This document shows, piece by piece, positions 24,931 to 39,600 of a stretch of 64,000 nucleotides of DNA. The notes below the pieces were generated by a model. That model was given only the letters and a program-made list of their open reading frames with translations. It searched no databases and was not told where the DNA came from. Position numbers and translations under genes: made by a program. Source of the DNA: Oculina patagonica (Eukaryota); contig NC_135764.1 of NCBI RefSeq assembly GCF_052425735.1, forward strand, positions 23,932,001 through 23,996,000, given 5' to 3'. Each line of letters opens with the position of its first letter. Position 1 is the stretch's first letter.

Positions 24931-26127
24931 AAAGTACAATGAAAGCTTGGGGAATTAGCCCTCTCCTCTCAAGTAAGCTGAATTGTTTCTTTGTTTTCGC
25001 AAATTGTAAACAACAAAGGTCGAAAATCCCGACCCTAGCTCTACATACATTGACATCGACGCCCATTTTAAATAAAACTAGCACAGTTACTAGTACCTGG
25101 CGAACGTAATTTGCTTTCCACAGAGAACGCGTCCCATGCCAAGCTCTAAGAGGCAAGCCATTGCTCTAGATACATGTATCACTACGAGTAGTGAACGAAA
25201 ACAATGATAACACAATAATTTTCTTGGCTCTAATACGACTATTAAATACCATTCTAATTCTGCAAAGAAGGAAAAAACGGCATTACAGTCCGTCTCCGCC
25301 ATCTAAAATGGTCCACAAATGTTCAAAAGGGATGCAGTTTTCTCGTGAACCAGAAATATTTCCTTTTCCTTGCAGAAAAACGCATATTTTCGTCGAGCTA
25401 TATCTGGGACTTTTTCTCGCCAAACTGTGCACACTCTAAGAAATAAAAAAAAATCACCACCGATTTATCCCAGATAAGTTTTAAATTTGCGTACCTGACT
25501 GAGCAACCCATTTCAGTGCACCGATGTTAAGAAAAATACAGGCAAGAAAAGTAAGACGAGAATATTTGCCCACGAAATATATTGACGTCTCTTTTGTATA
25601 AAACAAAACGATAAGAGGATTGTAAAACTGTTTTCTATTCTTAGAAAGCAGAGAATAAACTCGTAAATAACTTTTAGACCATAAGCTGTTCTGCCTCGAG
25701 ATTATGTTAGATTTAAATTTGTCTTGCAGCTATGGGCCAGTGTATACATTAAAGCTTTGACCGCATATTGTACTCCAGTAAAAATTAAATAAATTAAAGG
25801 GGAGCTCCGCTTTTAGGCTTGCCTAAATCTATATATTAATTCAGTGCAACTTACGAGAAATTTCGGTAGTGAGATTCTGAAATTTTCTTTCGGCTTTACC
25901 CTTGTTTAAGTTGAGTATACTAAATTTAGTTACTGCGTGAGCTGACAATCCCATCAAGCCAAAAATGATCTGCACTTCAAGATGACGACAAGATAAAATA
26001 GTTGATGTTTCTTCGCTTACAAAGTTTTATTAATTTTAATTGTAAAGTATACAACTGAGTGAGTCACATAAAAGTTTTCTTTTTTACAACAAACTGAAGA
26101 TTGCATTATTGTCGCTTTAAGCACATA

Positions 26128-29100
26128 TTAGTGAAAATGTTTCTTGTGTATTATTTTGTTTCTTTTTACGTTGTGACTGCTAATGGAAGGACCTTCTTTA
26201 ACCGGAGCTTGAACATGTCCTTGAGCTAGTGTTCCTTTCTGAGGATGGCCCTGAACATTTAATTTCCCTTGCTGTGGGAGACCCTGTACATTTGTCTTTG
26301 CCTGTGAAGGTCCTTGCACTGGCGGTTGGCCTTCCTTTTGTGCAACTTTTATTGGCATGATTTTTGGTCTGTCGGCCATTTGAACCTTTTTGGTTGGGAT
26401 TTGTGACTTCTTACAACAATTTAGTGTAAGGCAAACTCCAACACATAGCTTAGCGCAAATCGCTGGACAAGTGGTTGGAGGTCTCGTTGTCGGTATTCCA
26501 GGAGGTCCTGGTGACCCCGGTGGTCCAGCCGGTCCGGCTGGTCCGGCTGCTCCTGGGTCTCCCGGACCTCCCATGGCTCCCATGGCTCCCGAAGCCCCTT
26601 GTGTCCCTTTGGGTCCTTGAAGACCAGAAGAAGAAGAAGAATTGTAAGTAGCTTTTCAGTTAACCCAAATAGCTGCTGGGAGGTTTCATTAAATATTTTG
26701 CGACAATATTCGGAAAAAAGTCAAAGATCAAATACAACTTTGCAAAGACCGGCAAAAAGTTATTTTTATTACGTTAATTTAAGCGACAAAGTTTATTGAT
26801 ACCCTTTTGGAATGAGAAGAAAGAAGAAGAGACTGCTAACAAGGGTTGAAAATAGACTTCATCGGTTACTTTCGTTAACCCCACTGTATCTTTCTACACG
26901 ATCTTTCTCCTGAAACCTCTGAAAGCTCTACTTACCCTCTGGTCCCTGGCTACCTGGGCTACCTGCGGGAGGCCCTACAGGTGGGGGTCTTGTTGCTGGT
27001 ATTCCAGGAGGCCCTGGTGGACCCGGTGGTCCTGGAGCTCCAGCTGCTCCTTGATCACCTGGACTTCCCATTGCCCCCTGAGCCCCCATAGCTCCTTGGG
27101 GCCCTTTAGGTCCTTCAAGGCCTGAAAAACGTGCAAGAAAAAAAAAAAAACAGAAATACGGTATATCTGTATTAACGGTATTTACATGGAGAGAGAGAAT
27201 AATGCTCTGAGGGGTGGGTAATTTACCATAAACGACTAAATATAATTTAGCTTTAATCGCACCGACAAAGATCTTACCTGCCGAGCCTGGTGCGCCAGCT
27301 GGAGCCCCATAAGCTGCCGGTGTAGATGCTGGGGGTCCAGGAGGTCCCGGTGGACCTGGTGGTCCGGCTGCCCCTGCTGCTCCCCGGTCTCCCTGTTCTC
27401 CCATTGCACCCAAAGCTCCCATAGGTCCTTGCGGACCTTTAGGTCCTTCAAGACCTGTAGTAAGCGAATGAAAGATGTTTTAGTTTCTTGCTCATGATTT
27501 GATTGAAAGGACGTTTAACTAATTCGTAATGACTGTCGAAAATTTCGAATGTTTTTTTTTTCTTTTTTGTTTTTTTCAAATATCCTTCACTGCCAATAGG
27601 AATATGGGAAAGATGTTAATCCGTCAGTGACAAAAGCTACTCCGATTGTTTTTTTTTCTGGAATGCAAGCAGTTTGTCATATTTGAGCGTGGTTATTATT
27701 CAAAACTCGTCGATGTACGAAACAGTTAAAATGCGAAAATACTAGATGTCATTATTGTTGCTTGTAGACGGTGGCTCTTTAGCATGACCATTAAACAGTA
27801 AGACTGGCGTTTATTTTTCTTACAAAGGTCAACCGTACGAACAATGATCCTACCTGAAGGGCCTGGTGAACCAGCCGGAGCCGCCGGGGCTGCGGCTGGG
27901 GTTGCTGGTATTCCAGAAGGTCCCGGTGGACCTGGTGGTCCGGCTGCCCCGGCTGCTCCTGGGTCTCCCGGACTTCCCATAGATCCCATAGCACCCAAAG
28001 CTCCTTGCGGACCTTGTGGTCCTGCCAAACCTTGTGTGAAAGCAGCAAGTTTTAGCTTTAGTTACTTAAGAGGCGTACTCCAGGTGGGACTAAAAGCACA
28101 ACCAAACGACGATTCCCGTTTTTTAGTCATATGTAGTAGCCAACTTCAATGTTGCTTTTAATAAGAAATCAACTTCAACAGGTAAGATTCACGGCTGAAA
28201 TTCAACATGACAAGATTCTAAAAGACTTCTACACTTGCTGTTGTATTAAAAAGGTCTTACCTGCCGAGCCTGGTGCACCAGCCGGGGCCCCATAAGCTGC
28301 CGGTGTAGATGCTGGGGCTGCAGGGGGTCCCGGTGGGCCCGGAGGTCCTACTGGTCCGGCTGCGCCCGGATCTCCCTGTTGTCCCATGGCTCCCATAGCT
28401 CCCAAAGGTCCTTGAGAACCTGCAGGTCCTTCAAGACCTAAGAAATCGGAATTACAAAAGTTGGAAAGTTTACAAAAAAATTGTAGTGAAGTGGTGGCCG
28501 TCAAATCTGCAGCATCGTAACTAGTGTAAAGTATTGCTAAGATTCTCATTACATACGGCTGTGGCCTTTGAACGCGATATATATGTATTAAAGAATGTTT
28601 ATATTGGCAATTAAAAGCTTTTGACTCGATATTTAAAACATTCAGATGACATCCTGGTGCTCGATGCAACTCAAACATACCCATGCTCCTGTGTGATCTC
28701 CTGGCCTGGACTAGGCAATAAAACTTTAGCAGCACGCAGCACCGTCTTACAGAAAATACTGAGAGGAATTAACCTGCAATAATTTGAAGTCTTAACGTTT
28801 GTATGAGTCTAGCGTAGCAACAAGGTCTCTTACCTGATGGACCTGGTGTACCTGCCGGAGCGCCTGAGGCCGTAGCAGCTGTTGTTGCTGGAATCCCAGG
28901 GGGACCCGGAGGGCCAGGGAGTCCAACTGCTCCGGGTGCTCCCTGATCACCCGGATGTCCCATTGCTCCCATAGCTCCCATTGGACCTTGAGGCCCTTCA
29001 GGTCCTCCAAGACCTAATATGGACACATATATAATAATCAATAGCAATAAAAGCGAGTTGGGTCCGACGAGAATTTTGCACCAAAAGTGTCAAACATAAA

Positions 29101-31451
29101 GATGTCAAAGCTAAAAGAAGGTACCAAGCAGTTACTGGCTGTAAAGTCTTTTTCGATCGAAAATTAAAGAAAGAAAAAAAGAAAGAAAGTATGCGACAGT
29201 GAATTTTTAATTTCTATTTTTAAGACAATAGCTAAGTGATCAACGGTAGAGAAACGGACGTCCAAGGTTTGAATAGTAAATTAGTCACTTTAGTCAGTTG
29301 CAGTTTTGGCACTGACACAACAGCATAAGTTTTGTTTATGAGTAATAAAATAAAAATTGTTCGTTGTTCAATGTACATTAAGCTCTGTCAACAATATGGT
29401 TATCAAACATTAGATGCACGAACCCGGAATAATTAAAAAAGAACCGCCGAGATCCCAAAGGATGTCTAGCCCAGGACCCTTTGCACACCTATCAGATGCT
29501 ATAAGATACTGAGACAAATATGACAACGACAAATATATGTATTGCCTCCTCCTTAAGTCTCAAATAGGCGAATGCATTATTGTATATTTCTTATAATAAT
29601 CTGGAAACACTAAGATATTGATATCAGTAATCGACTTTGATCTTAATCCTGGTAAACACTTCCAGCTAATCCTTGCAGGATGTCCTACTTTTGCATTTAA
29701 AGTGATTTATTTTATGCCGACATCACGGTGACGTACCTGCAGGCCCAGGTGCCCCAGCTTCGGCACCATAAGCGGGGGCTGCAGTAGCTGGTACTCCCGG
29801 AGGTCCCGGTGGGCCAGGTAGACCCGGTTGTCCGGCAGCTCCTTGGTCTCCTTGACTTCCGGGTGCTCCCATAGCTCCCATAGGCCCGTCTGGTCCACTC
29901 GGTCCTGCTTGCCCTTAATTCAACCACAAAAAAATAAACACATTACTCTGAAAAATAAAAATACTTGCTCACTCGCGCTCTAAATACTAACAAAGAGGAA
30001 GTAAGTTGTATAACGATTCAATTACATTTAAATTATGACAAAGATTGGTATAGTTATAAAGAAAGGAAGTTCAAGCCTCTCCCGAGCCAAAGAACTATTT
30101 GGGTTGAGCTTTAACAGTAACTATCGTTTCTTTAGCATTTGGATTTGGCGCTCATCATTTTTTTTTCGTATTGTTTTCGTATCAAAGTGAGCCCTAATTA
30201 TTTTCTTAATCGGCTACCCATTTGAAATCTACTTATTTTTTATGATTTTACAACTGAAGCGTCAAATGTATTATGGTCGGCATAAATCTCCAGCATGAAA
30301 TTCGCCTTTGTCGTATGAGATGAAATAAATATCTTTGAAGTTGTGAACCCTCTCTCCTCTTCTGTCCTTGCGCGTAACTGTGTTATCCCCCCTTTCACGC
30401 ATCACCAAATCAAGTGAATTTCCTTAAAATTTCCTCTCCCCCCTCCCCCTTTCCCTTGGTCGATAAATAATGACCTGTCCTTTAAACAAGAACAAATGGA
30501 GATGTCTAACATTATCTCGATGATTAATCATCATGAACTCACCCGAAGGTCCTGGTACACCAGTCCTTGAGGAGCAACAAGTGCTCGGGCAAGTGCTAAC
30601 ACAGATTGTCTCACAAATCTCAGGGCATGATGGTAAAGATGCAGTGCCTGGTACTCCGGGAAGCCCCGGTGGGCCCGGGGGTCCTGGTAAACCTGCAGGC
30701 CCGGAATCGCCTTGGCTGCCAGGTTCCCCCATGGTTCCTGGGGACCCGTTATCTCCACTAGGTCCTTTCATTCCTGGTGAAAGCAAAACATGCTTTGTGA
30801 ATTTTACGTCACATACTTCCTGCTTAATAATGCATATGATGATGACCATCATGATGATGATCAGACTTTAAAGTTACCTCTAGATTTTGACCGTTAGCCC
30901 CTAAAATCTTATTATACATGCTGCTTTATTTTCTCGTGACGACGATCTGGCTGCGTGAATGAAAATTCATTGTATTCACATCGAGAAACTTAATTGCATT
31001 TTAACTTGGTCAGCATTACAGTTCTAAAATAAACCCATAGTTCCCGGGTATAGTGATTTCTGGTGTGGACATTGTTACATGACCTTTTAGCTACACCATG
31101 TTTTATTTTCCATAACAAATCGTTAATAGCAACCTTAATGTTTTAGTCTTTTGGTAAGAGAATGTGTGCCAGAAGCAACTCTGCCTCCGAACTCTCTTAA
31201 ATTCAAACCCTAATAACGCCGATACCCATGATAATGATGATGATGATGATGACGACGACGACGACAAAAAGGTCAATCAATCAATCAATCAATCAAACTT
31301 TATTTATCGAGGGTAGCGCGTTATAGTTTGTCAACCAATAAATTTGTGGCCCTCTTAAATGTTCTAAAAGTTAAAAATCTACTAAAAACAATAATCTAAT
31401 TTAAAATCTAGTCGACGACGTCGACGACAATGACGACGACGACAACGATCG

Positions 31452-31508
<57 letters not shown>

Positions 31509-33793
31509 CAAATTGAAAAAATGCAACTTGAGTTTACCTGGTGGTCCTGGTAGAGCTGGCGGTCCGGGAGGTCCCGGAAGACCGAGTGGTCCCATATCCC
31601 CGGGTTCCCCTAAATTGCCGGGTTGTCCAGGTATTCCGGAAGGTCCTGAAGTACCTTTAAAGAAAAGGAAACATGTAAGCTTGCAAATGTATTCATCCAT
31701 AAGACGCTAACGCTACCAAAGAAGAATTTTCCGGAATAAAATTTCAAAGCGATCTCTGGTTAAAAATTAATAGAATAAACGATCTTTCGACTACAAGTCT
31801 GTAGTCTTTGGAAAGGGTACAAACTGGTAGTCGAAAACTCGTTTATCTCTTAATTTTTAACCAGAGATCGCTTTTTATTTAATTTTTTTACAGTAACATG
31901 AAAAAAATTATAATGAATTAAAACAAAACGAAAAGTTACTGAAAATGAAAATATTTCGTTTCTGGATGCCATAGAATTGATTTGGTTTGTAAAGGACGAA
32001 AATAACAGCAGTTTCCAAATAGACTAGCATTCAACTTTGATACAATTGTCCTAAAGATTTTCAGTTATAATCAAAAAATGTTAGTTTACTACGGGATCAT
32101 GCCCTTTATTAAAAACTGGCTTTTTAAGGGCAAGTGGATTGGTTATAAAAAAGGCCTGTTTCATCAGTGGTCAGTTTTGATCCGAACAAATGGGTTTAGT
32201 TTATAAGACAATACGGTTTGTTTTAGAGCTCATTTTGAAATAATCAAAGTGAAATTGTCTTTTCTTTTTTCACTCGTTCTGGTAACATCTTAATTGCCCG
32301 TACCTCAACATGGTGAGAAAGGTTCGTGTCTTGATGTAAAGTTTAAAAGGTTGAGCGAGTAGATGTATCAAACGTCTCTTTATAGCAACGTTTTTTACGA
32401 AATACTTTTACAAAAAAATTCTTAAGCGCTGAGCGTTTAAATTTTTAAGTTTAAATTCATCTTCCTGTAACTAAGAGAAATCGAAATCCACATTTTCCCT
32501 AGGGAGCATGCCCCCGAATCCGCCCTCTTAGTTGGCTCACGCTTCCGCTTTGGAATTTAAGCTACCCACTCAAATTCTTCCTGCGCGTTCCCTGCAAATA
32601 CACTAGTCTGTGGGTAAACCAGTCAAAACGCTACCTTCCAAGGTATCAAATTAAACTTAAGGCCACTTAGTTTAGTAAATCTTGAACTGTCTTAAAAACG
32701 TAGATTTTCTAACTGTTTTCGTCTTCTCAGACGGTAAACCGTTGTCGTCTGCGTAATTTTTTACGCCTATAGTAATATCTGTTAGAATACGTACCAGGGG
32801 GACCTGCCATGCTGCCGGGAGGTCCGGGAAGTCCTGGGGGGCCTTGCAGTCCTGGAGGCCCTGGTATTCCCTTTGGTCCATCCGGTCCCGGAGGTCCGGC
32901 CGGGCCGACCGGACCGTCAGGCCCTGGGGGCCCGGGTTGCGGAGGAGGAGGCGGTGGTGGAGCAGGCTGCGTGTAGTATGAATTATAGCTACAGCAACCG
33001 GGGTAACATTCGGGATAACAGTATTGTGGGCAGTCGTTACCACATGTATAGTCTTCACGTTTAAAGTCTGCAATTAACAAAAGAGTAATTACTCAATTAA
33101 TTTTAGTTTCAATGTGTGATCAACATCTAATTTAGAAATTTTATTAAACTTTAGTTAACAGGCAACAAGTACATGTACTAATTCATCAATATACGGAATA
33201 AGGCTTTAATATGTCACTATAATGTGCGAGACCTGAGATCAAAGAAATGTACAGTGATAAGTAAAAAGACTTTCTAGATTCTGAGGTAGGATTGAAAGCG
33301 TTAAATGGGGCACGGGTCATAGAGCAACGACTTCTACGTTGTGCTTTAGTCAAAAGAAATAGACATTAGATTAACCGCACAACACAAGATAACCACAATC
33401 CTTTGCTGCATCGGAATACCAGGTTAAGTTCTTTTTATTTCGGAGATCATCACCCGGTCTTCTAAGTCTTGACACCATAATAAAATGTGGATAATCTTTG
33501 CAATTTACCTCAATGATGGTCGCAGGAGAAGCTAAGTACAAAGAGTGTAATGCTAATATTTTACGATTTTTAGTATCTTCTATATAATTATCCACTTTGT
33601 TCTTTCCCAAAACGCTGGGAGAAAAAAAAAAGGCTTTACAACTTCTTACACGAAAGGCAATGGAACGGCGCGGCAGTAGAATATGACATATTTTAATCTC
33701 ACCTTCTTTAAGCGCCAAGCCACCAGCAGCAGATAAATTAACTATCAACCATGTTCCCAGAAAATAAATCAATGACCAATATTTCCAATCCAT
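26128..33793 (-). CDS. Extended minicollagen-like nematocyst protein, ~757 aa; exons 33793-33703, 33067-32795, 31654-31538, 30773-30543, 29913-29737, 29013-28834, 28437-28261, 28030-27854, 27454-27278, 27121-26936, 26615-26128
   Basis: Signal peptide [25 protein letters not shown] propeptide site, N-terminal [21 protein letters not shown], polyproline, repeated Gly-X-Y blocks, internal [22 protein letters not shown]-terminal [22 protein letters not shown]; all introns phase 1 GT-AG; last acceptor position uncertain. Confidence 0.9.
31420..31509. repeat. (GAT/GAC)n microsatellite in a minicollagen intron
   Basis: Long perfect gat run; a related run and (TCAA)n at 31228-31295. Confidence 0.95.
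31748..31873. repeat. ~125-bp hairpin (MITE-like)
   Basis: aagcgatctctggttaaaaatta...taatttttaaccagagatcgctt with inner tcgactac/gtagtcga pairing. Confidence 0.75.
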
Positions 33794-36690
33794 ATTTTGA
33801 TGGTTGCTCTGGGAAAAAAAATACAAGAATTGTAAGTATATTGAGTGTCACCTAGGAAATGACGCCGCGTTTTTGGACTGATAGCTGAGATCTGCAAAAT
33901 TATTAACTGATAGCTGAGAAATCACCGAAAGTTTAAAATTTAGGTGATTGCATAAAATTACTCAAAAAAGTATCATGGGGCCAAGGTTTTTCTTGGAATA
34001 ACTTTTCACTGAAAAAAAATTGGTTCGGATAGTAGCGACCTTTCTTACAATATAAACACAGGTAAAGTGTCTGATACGACTGCCGTAATTAATAAAGCAG
34101 GGAAAATTGTAGTCTGACTAGCATGGGGGCTTTAGTCTTCAATAGCGTATTACAAAAGAGCATATAATAATGAAGGTAATAACCTGAATAAGAAAGTGCC
34201 GGGAAAATTCTGGCCTAAATCCATCGGAATTGAGTATTAAGGACGGCCTTTGGCTAACAGCCTTGTTTAAATTTTGTTGTGAATTCCTGAGACAAAGTGG
34301 GAGCTGAAATGTTTTCATAACCTTATATGCTAAGGGATAAACCTCTAATACACAATTGAAAAACATATGCAAAAATATTTGATTATTAAGATCAATAAAA
34401 TGCACATACTTTGTTCCGAAATATTTTCGCGCATCCACTAGACTCGGCGAATTTCAATCCTTCTTCTCAAACCTTTTTCACCGAAAATTCACTTCGTCGA
34501 CTTGTTGAGTTTTTTGTTTGAAACTTCAACCTTTTAATATTTAACAATTGGCAGGTTATGTCCTTTTGTACAACGAGAAACATAAATAGTTCTTCTGTTT
34601 GTCTTATTCAGGTACCATAACAGGTAGCTGAATCGTAAACTTCTCCCTACCTATTTCCTTTACATTTTACAAGTTTATGTTTAGAGAACTCAGTGATTGA
34701 TCACAATAATTTTTTGGCGAGGTCATCCCATTTCTTCGCATTGCTAATTACTTGACTCTTAGACTGGAAGATTAAAGAGAAAGTGGATTTTGATCTAAAC
34801 TGTTCTCTTTTAAAAAGCTTCTTTCAAGACATAACTCCGTCAAGATTACGTTTTAAAATATGAAAACATCAAGTCGTATTTTTTGTTTGCGCTGAAACCG
34901 AAGTTTTATTAGCAGTTGCCAATGTTGTTTTAGTCCCTTCAGACGAAGTCTTTCTCGCAGGATGTCACAACAGCTGGATAACGAGGGGAAATGGGGAGCA
35001 GCTACAAGGCGGGCAAACTCAAATTTTTGTAATTTTGACAAGTTCAACTACCTGCTTGCATTTGTGTCTCTAATGAAAACACCACTATTTTGGCGTTATA
35101 TTTAGCTGTCTGGACGAAAAAGGTACTAAGCTAATAAAGCTTGTGAAACTACTGTCCCCACTGCTGTGATTGAAATAAAAACGTGATCAAGAAGAGACAT
35201 TACCCTTAATACAACTCCGAGGGACCGATATTAAATGCTATGGACTTTCATATTTACTACTCAAGATTACTTTTAAGCAATATATTGCAAAGCAATCTTC
35301 AAGATCTCTTCTGGAGCAGAACAGAGAATTTAAAAACCTTAAAAAGCGCTGCAGACTCTGCGTTTTCCCCGACAACCTAAAACATAGCGATTTTTTTTTT
35401 TGAAAAACGTAAATCTAGTTAGGTATAAGTATACAAGTGTTCTAATGCAAATGCTGAAATGTGATTGGCTGTGCTATCGTACAATATCAGCCACAAGTGT
35501 GCAGTGGTTGAAAAGTCGTCTACAAAATGGTGACGTTTTCTCGTTTCTCTGAAGTTTCAGGGGACGTAAAGAAACATTAATGGATAATTTAATTCCTGAG
35601 AAAGCTAAAAGAAGGGCAGTCATCGTTATATTTAGGCGACTTAAAAAATTGGAAATTATTGACCAACCTGATGAGCAGTTGTAAAAAGCTGACAGTGTGA
35701 AATAATAATTTATTTTGCGAGCGATTTTGATTTCGCTTGAAGTTTTATGTCTTTTAAAATATAGTTGAATAATTGGAAGGAATTGAAGGAAATTTAGTTA
35801 AAATTCTACTTAAACAATTAAATTATTTGCCCTCGATTCCTATGAGGTGATAGTTGATTCGGCCTTCAACCTCATCAAGTATCGCCCCATAGAAATCTCA
35901 AGCTCATCAATATCTAATTGTAAATTATTACGGTGGATTCCGTGCGTGGGTTCGCAACCAAAATAAGTTTAATTCGGCGAGTTCACTTGTTGTCTTTTTG
36001 ATCTTTCGGCGGGTTTCTTTCTTAAGCAAATTATGGCTACAGTAGACAATTTCCGTTGATGTATTTAAGCACACTTTTTTAATTTTCTAATTAACACCAC
36101 GCCACGCTTAATGCAAGAAGTACATCTTAAAAGTAATATCCTAGTGAGTAGGTTTTATGATGCATGCGGCGTTTGCAAAACAGCAAATGGCTTTATCCAT
36201 TTTTAATTTCAAAAAAGGCTTTCTTTTGACCGCACGCGATAACAAGGTTTTGGCACAAAACTGTACCAAATGAAAAATAAATGGTCGATTTAGATACGTT
36301 TGGATACAAACCCAATTTATCACAAACCCGACCTGGACCACTAAAACAAAGATCTATCGATGGCATGTTCTTTTCTTTTTTTCAAGAGCAAAATAAATAG
36401 CGACTAATGTAATTCCCTGGAGTGCCCATTCGAGGCATAAGTCGGAACTGAACAAATCTGAGATTACAGCAATACCGACAAATTTTGTGCCCTGATATTG
36501 TTTGATTATGATAATTATGTTATTTTTTTATCTGAAATAGTGGCAAAGAAAGGGGACGTGATATAGTCAGCGCACTTTATGTTTCCTGTACATCCAAGGA
36601 ACGGAGATTTTTTCGGTTTGTTTTTCCCGGAGGAGTTGGTTTTACAAACGTTGGTGAGATTGTTCGAATTGTGTTTCAAATTTTACATCT

Positions 36691-39600
36691 ATGGCTTTTT
36701 CATTTAATCGTTTCATCTTGTGTGGAGCTGCACTTTGTAGCTTATGCAATGGTAAGTCTGGGATATAGTCTGCAAGTTAAATACGTTTCCAAGAAAACAA
36801 TGCCTGCCAACCATTTTTCAGTTATGTTAGAGTCAGCGAATACCTTGAACAGTATGGCCTGTGCATATACATATATTGCAAACATCGATTTTGGTTTATC
36901 TTTGCCTTTATTAGCACATCATTTATAATTTTTTATCTTCTCCTTACTTTCGCAAACCAACTTCCAGCAGGCACGTCTGGAGAATTAGGGTCGTGATCAT
37001 CAGAAAACAAAAATATCAGTATTCAGAATTAGTATTCTCTAACGGACGGCGTGGGCTGAAAGGTTTTTGACCGAGATTGAAACTGATGTCTGACAAATAT
37101 ATCTTTTGAGAACTATAAAAACAAGTGAAGAGATTTAAACCTCTTTTAAAACAGGTTTAACATAACACGGCAATTATTTGTGCTTGAAGAAGTCAAGATG
37201 CAACCGGGAAAAATATACTCAAAAAATCTTGACCGTTTATTGCAATATCAAGAGGTTTGAGTATGATAGCCGGCGAATCAGATAACATAAACAGAGGCCC
37301 CGATGTAATTTCGCCGCTTTGTGAAAATGGAATCCAATAACGGTTTCATTATAGATGGTTTACTCTACATGATAGGTTTCTTTTCATTTTTGTGGGTTTT
37401 GATTAAAGAAGTGCAGGATGGTTTATTTTGATTCGACCAACGAACAGTTCGACCGACAGTTTTATTTATGAGCTAATCTTGAATTTTCTAAACACCTGCT
37501 TCATTTAAATCCCTTTCAAAACAGCAGTCGCTTGAAGTTACATTTTAGCGGTGATATTTTACCATTATCTTAATGTTTTTGGTATTGTGTTAACTATTTT
37601 GCATAATTACTTCTTTAAAAGCATAATCAAAGAAAGAGCTTTTTCTGTTCTCTGCATCAGAATCAAACATGGTTTTGAGCAAAAATCACAGTAGGAATCC
37701 GCCATTTTAAGTCGGAATAACGTCTGTTAAATTGCAAATCCTGTAGAGCTGATTTTTTTCCAAATCATTTCCACTTCATAAAAAAATATATCGGTTATAA
37801 ACCAAGCGTGTGGTCATCAATACGGTTAGATATTGGCCAGTATTGTTCATTACCGTACCCAAATTCGCAAGTAGCCAATCAGAAGCGCGATCTACTGTCC
37901 TGATATCCTACGATATCAAGTCACTGACCTGATATGCCACCATATCACGGTCACTTTAAAGTAAAGTAGTGTTACCGAGCGATGAATTGAAAAGAGGTTT
38001 TGCCAATAAAACAGAACTTCGTAATTTAAATGTAGCTGGTGTTAAGCGATAGTAAAAAAAGAAAAACTTTCCCGCCAAAACTAAACTTGAGCGCGCTCGC
38101 CAATTGCGCGATGTTTGCCGACGAGTACTGAAACATTCAGACTGAAACAATGGAGTTGGAAGTTCCACATTTTTCGCTAAATTTTGATTTTGGAAATTTA
38201 GAGAATGAAACTCCAAACAAACGAGTGGAACAAAAGGAAGGAGAGGAACTTGATAAAAGTGTTGAAGACCAAAAAGGTATCAACACAAGCAGGTCAACAC
38301 AATTTGCACTACGTACCTGGCAAGCATGGCTTCAACAGAGCGTTAAATATAACCGGATTTTTGGCTGAATTTGGGTACGGTAAATACCTAATCGTACCTT
38401 TTTGGTACGCTTCGGCTGCATATCAGGCTCGTTTGGTCTCGCCATGGGTATTTTGGCTCGACTGCGTCTCGCCAAAATACGAACCATGGCTCGACCTAAC
38501 TCGCCTGATATGCCGCCGAAGCGTACCAAAAAGGTACGATTAGGTATAATATTGACCATCTTGACCGAACAAGCATGGTAAAGGAAAGATTTACAAATGC
38601 AAATGCTGCAATCTGATTGTCTGAGCTATTGCACACTATCAGCCATTAGCATAACCACACTGACCTACTATTGGTAATCGCGCAATCTGATTGGCTAAAC
38701 AGGTGCCTACTATCGATCCGTAGAAGGCTCTCGGAGCGCGCGCTTAGTCTTCGCTGAATTTTATCAATCAAAACCTTCAATAAATCAACTCTAGCTATAT
38801 TTTGTGTTTAATAGATCGGTCAGTGGGTTATGCTAACACAATTAGACGGCTCGCTCTCGGTTTCTACCGGCTTTTGATAGTTGACTCGGGGCTTTGCCCC
38901 TCGCCAACTATCAGCCGATAGAAACCTCGAGCTCGCCGTCTAATTGTTAATTATAGTTCACCACTAAATTTTGTCCGATTCTGATTGGTATTAAATTGAT
39001 CATGTGACGCAATAGTGTTCATCTGTAGTGGGTTCAATCAGCCCATAGTGCCCGTCCGAGAAAAATACCCGGATGGATAGTGCCCACAAATTAAATTCCT
39101 TGTAAACAAGCGGGCCTACAGACAGAGAAACCCCTTGTTTTTTTGTCTGGTTTTGTATCGTTTGTTTAATTTTGGCTTTCAATTGAGTTTTTTATCCTTA
39201 AAAGTAAAAAAATAATTCAATATGCTTGTTCTTGAATGGACGGGCGATAGAAAATTTAGTGGTGTACAATAAAAACAATAATTTTTGTCTCGGAACTATC
39301 GGTCTGATAGTTGCCCCTTGGAAATTTGATGTTCTTCAAACTAGCATATTATTTGTACTAAGAACATCACATTTCCGCGGGGCAACTACAGTTCCTCAAC
39401 AGAAACACTATTGTTTAATAAGGGTGCAGTGGCTGAAGTTCGTCTACAGAATGGCGACATTTTCTCGTTTCTCCGACGTTTAGGAGGGAGTTTAGAAATT
39501 CAATCCTCAAGAAGACAAAAAAAGGAAATTCACCGTTACACGGGTTTAAATCGTCAAAATTACGATTACCTGACGAGCCTGCGTACACAACTGAAAGTTT

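Noticed and set aside
23903-24939. Pro/Gly-rich and Phe-rich ORFs
   Set aside because: Products of low-complexity composition
31401-31537. Poly-Ser tail of ORF 31401-31700
   Set aside because: Intronic microsatellite beyond a good GT donor at 31537
26390-33073. Plus-strand and alternative-frame ORFs over collagen exons (e.g. 26390-26620, 27844-28161, 30533-30871, 31513-31710)
   Set aside because: Antisense or out-of-frame shadows of GC-rich Gly-Pro codons; splice signals support only the minus-strand frame
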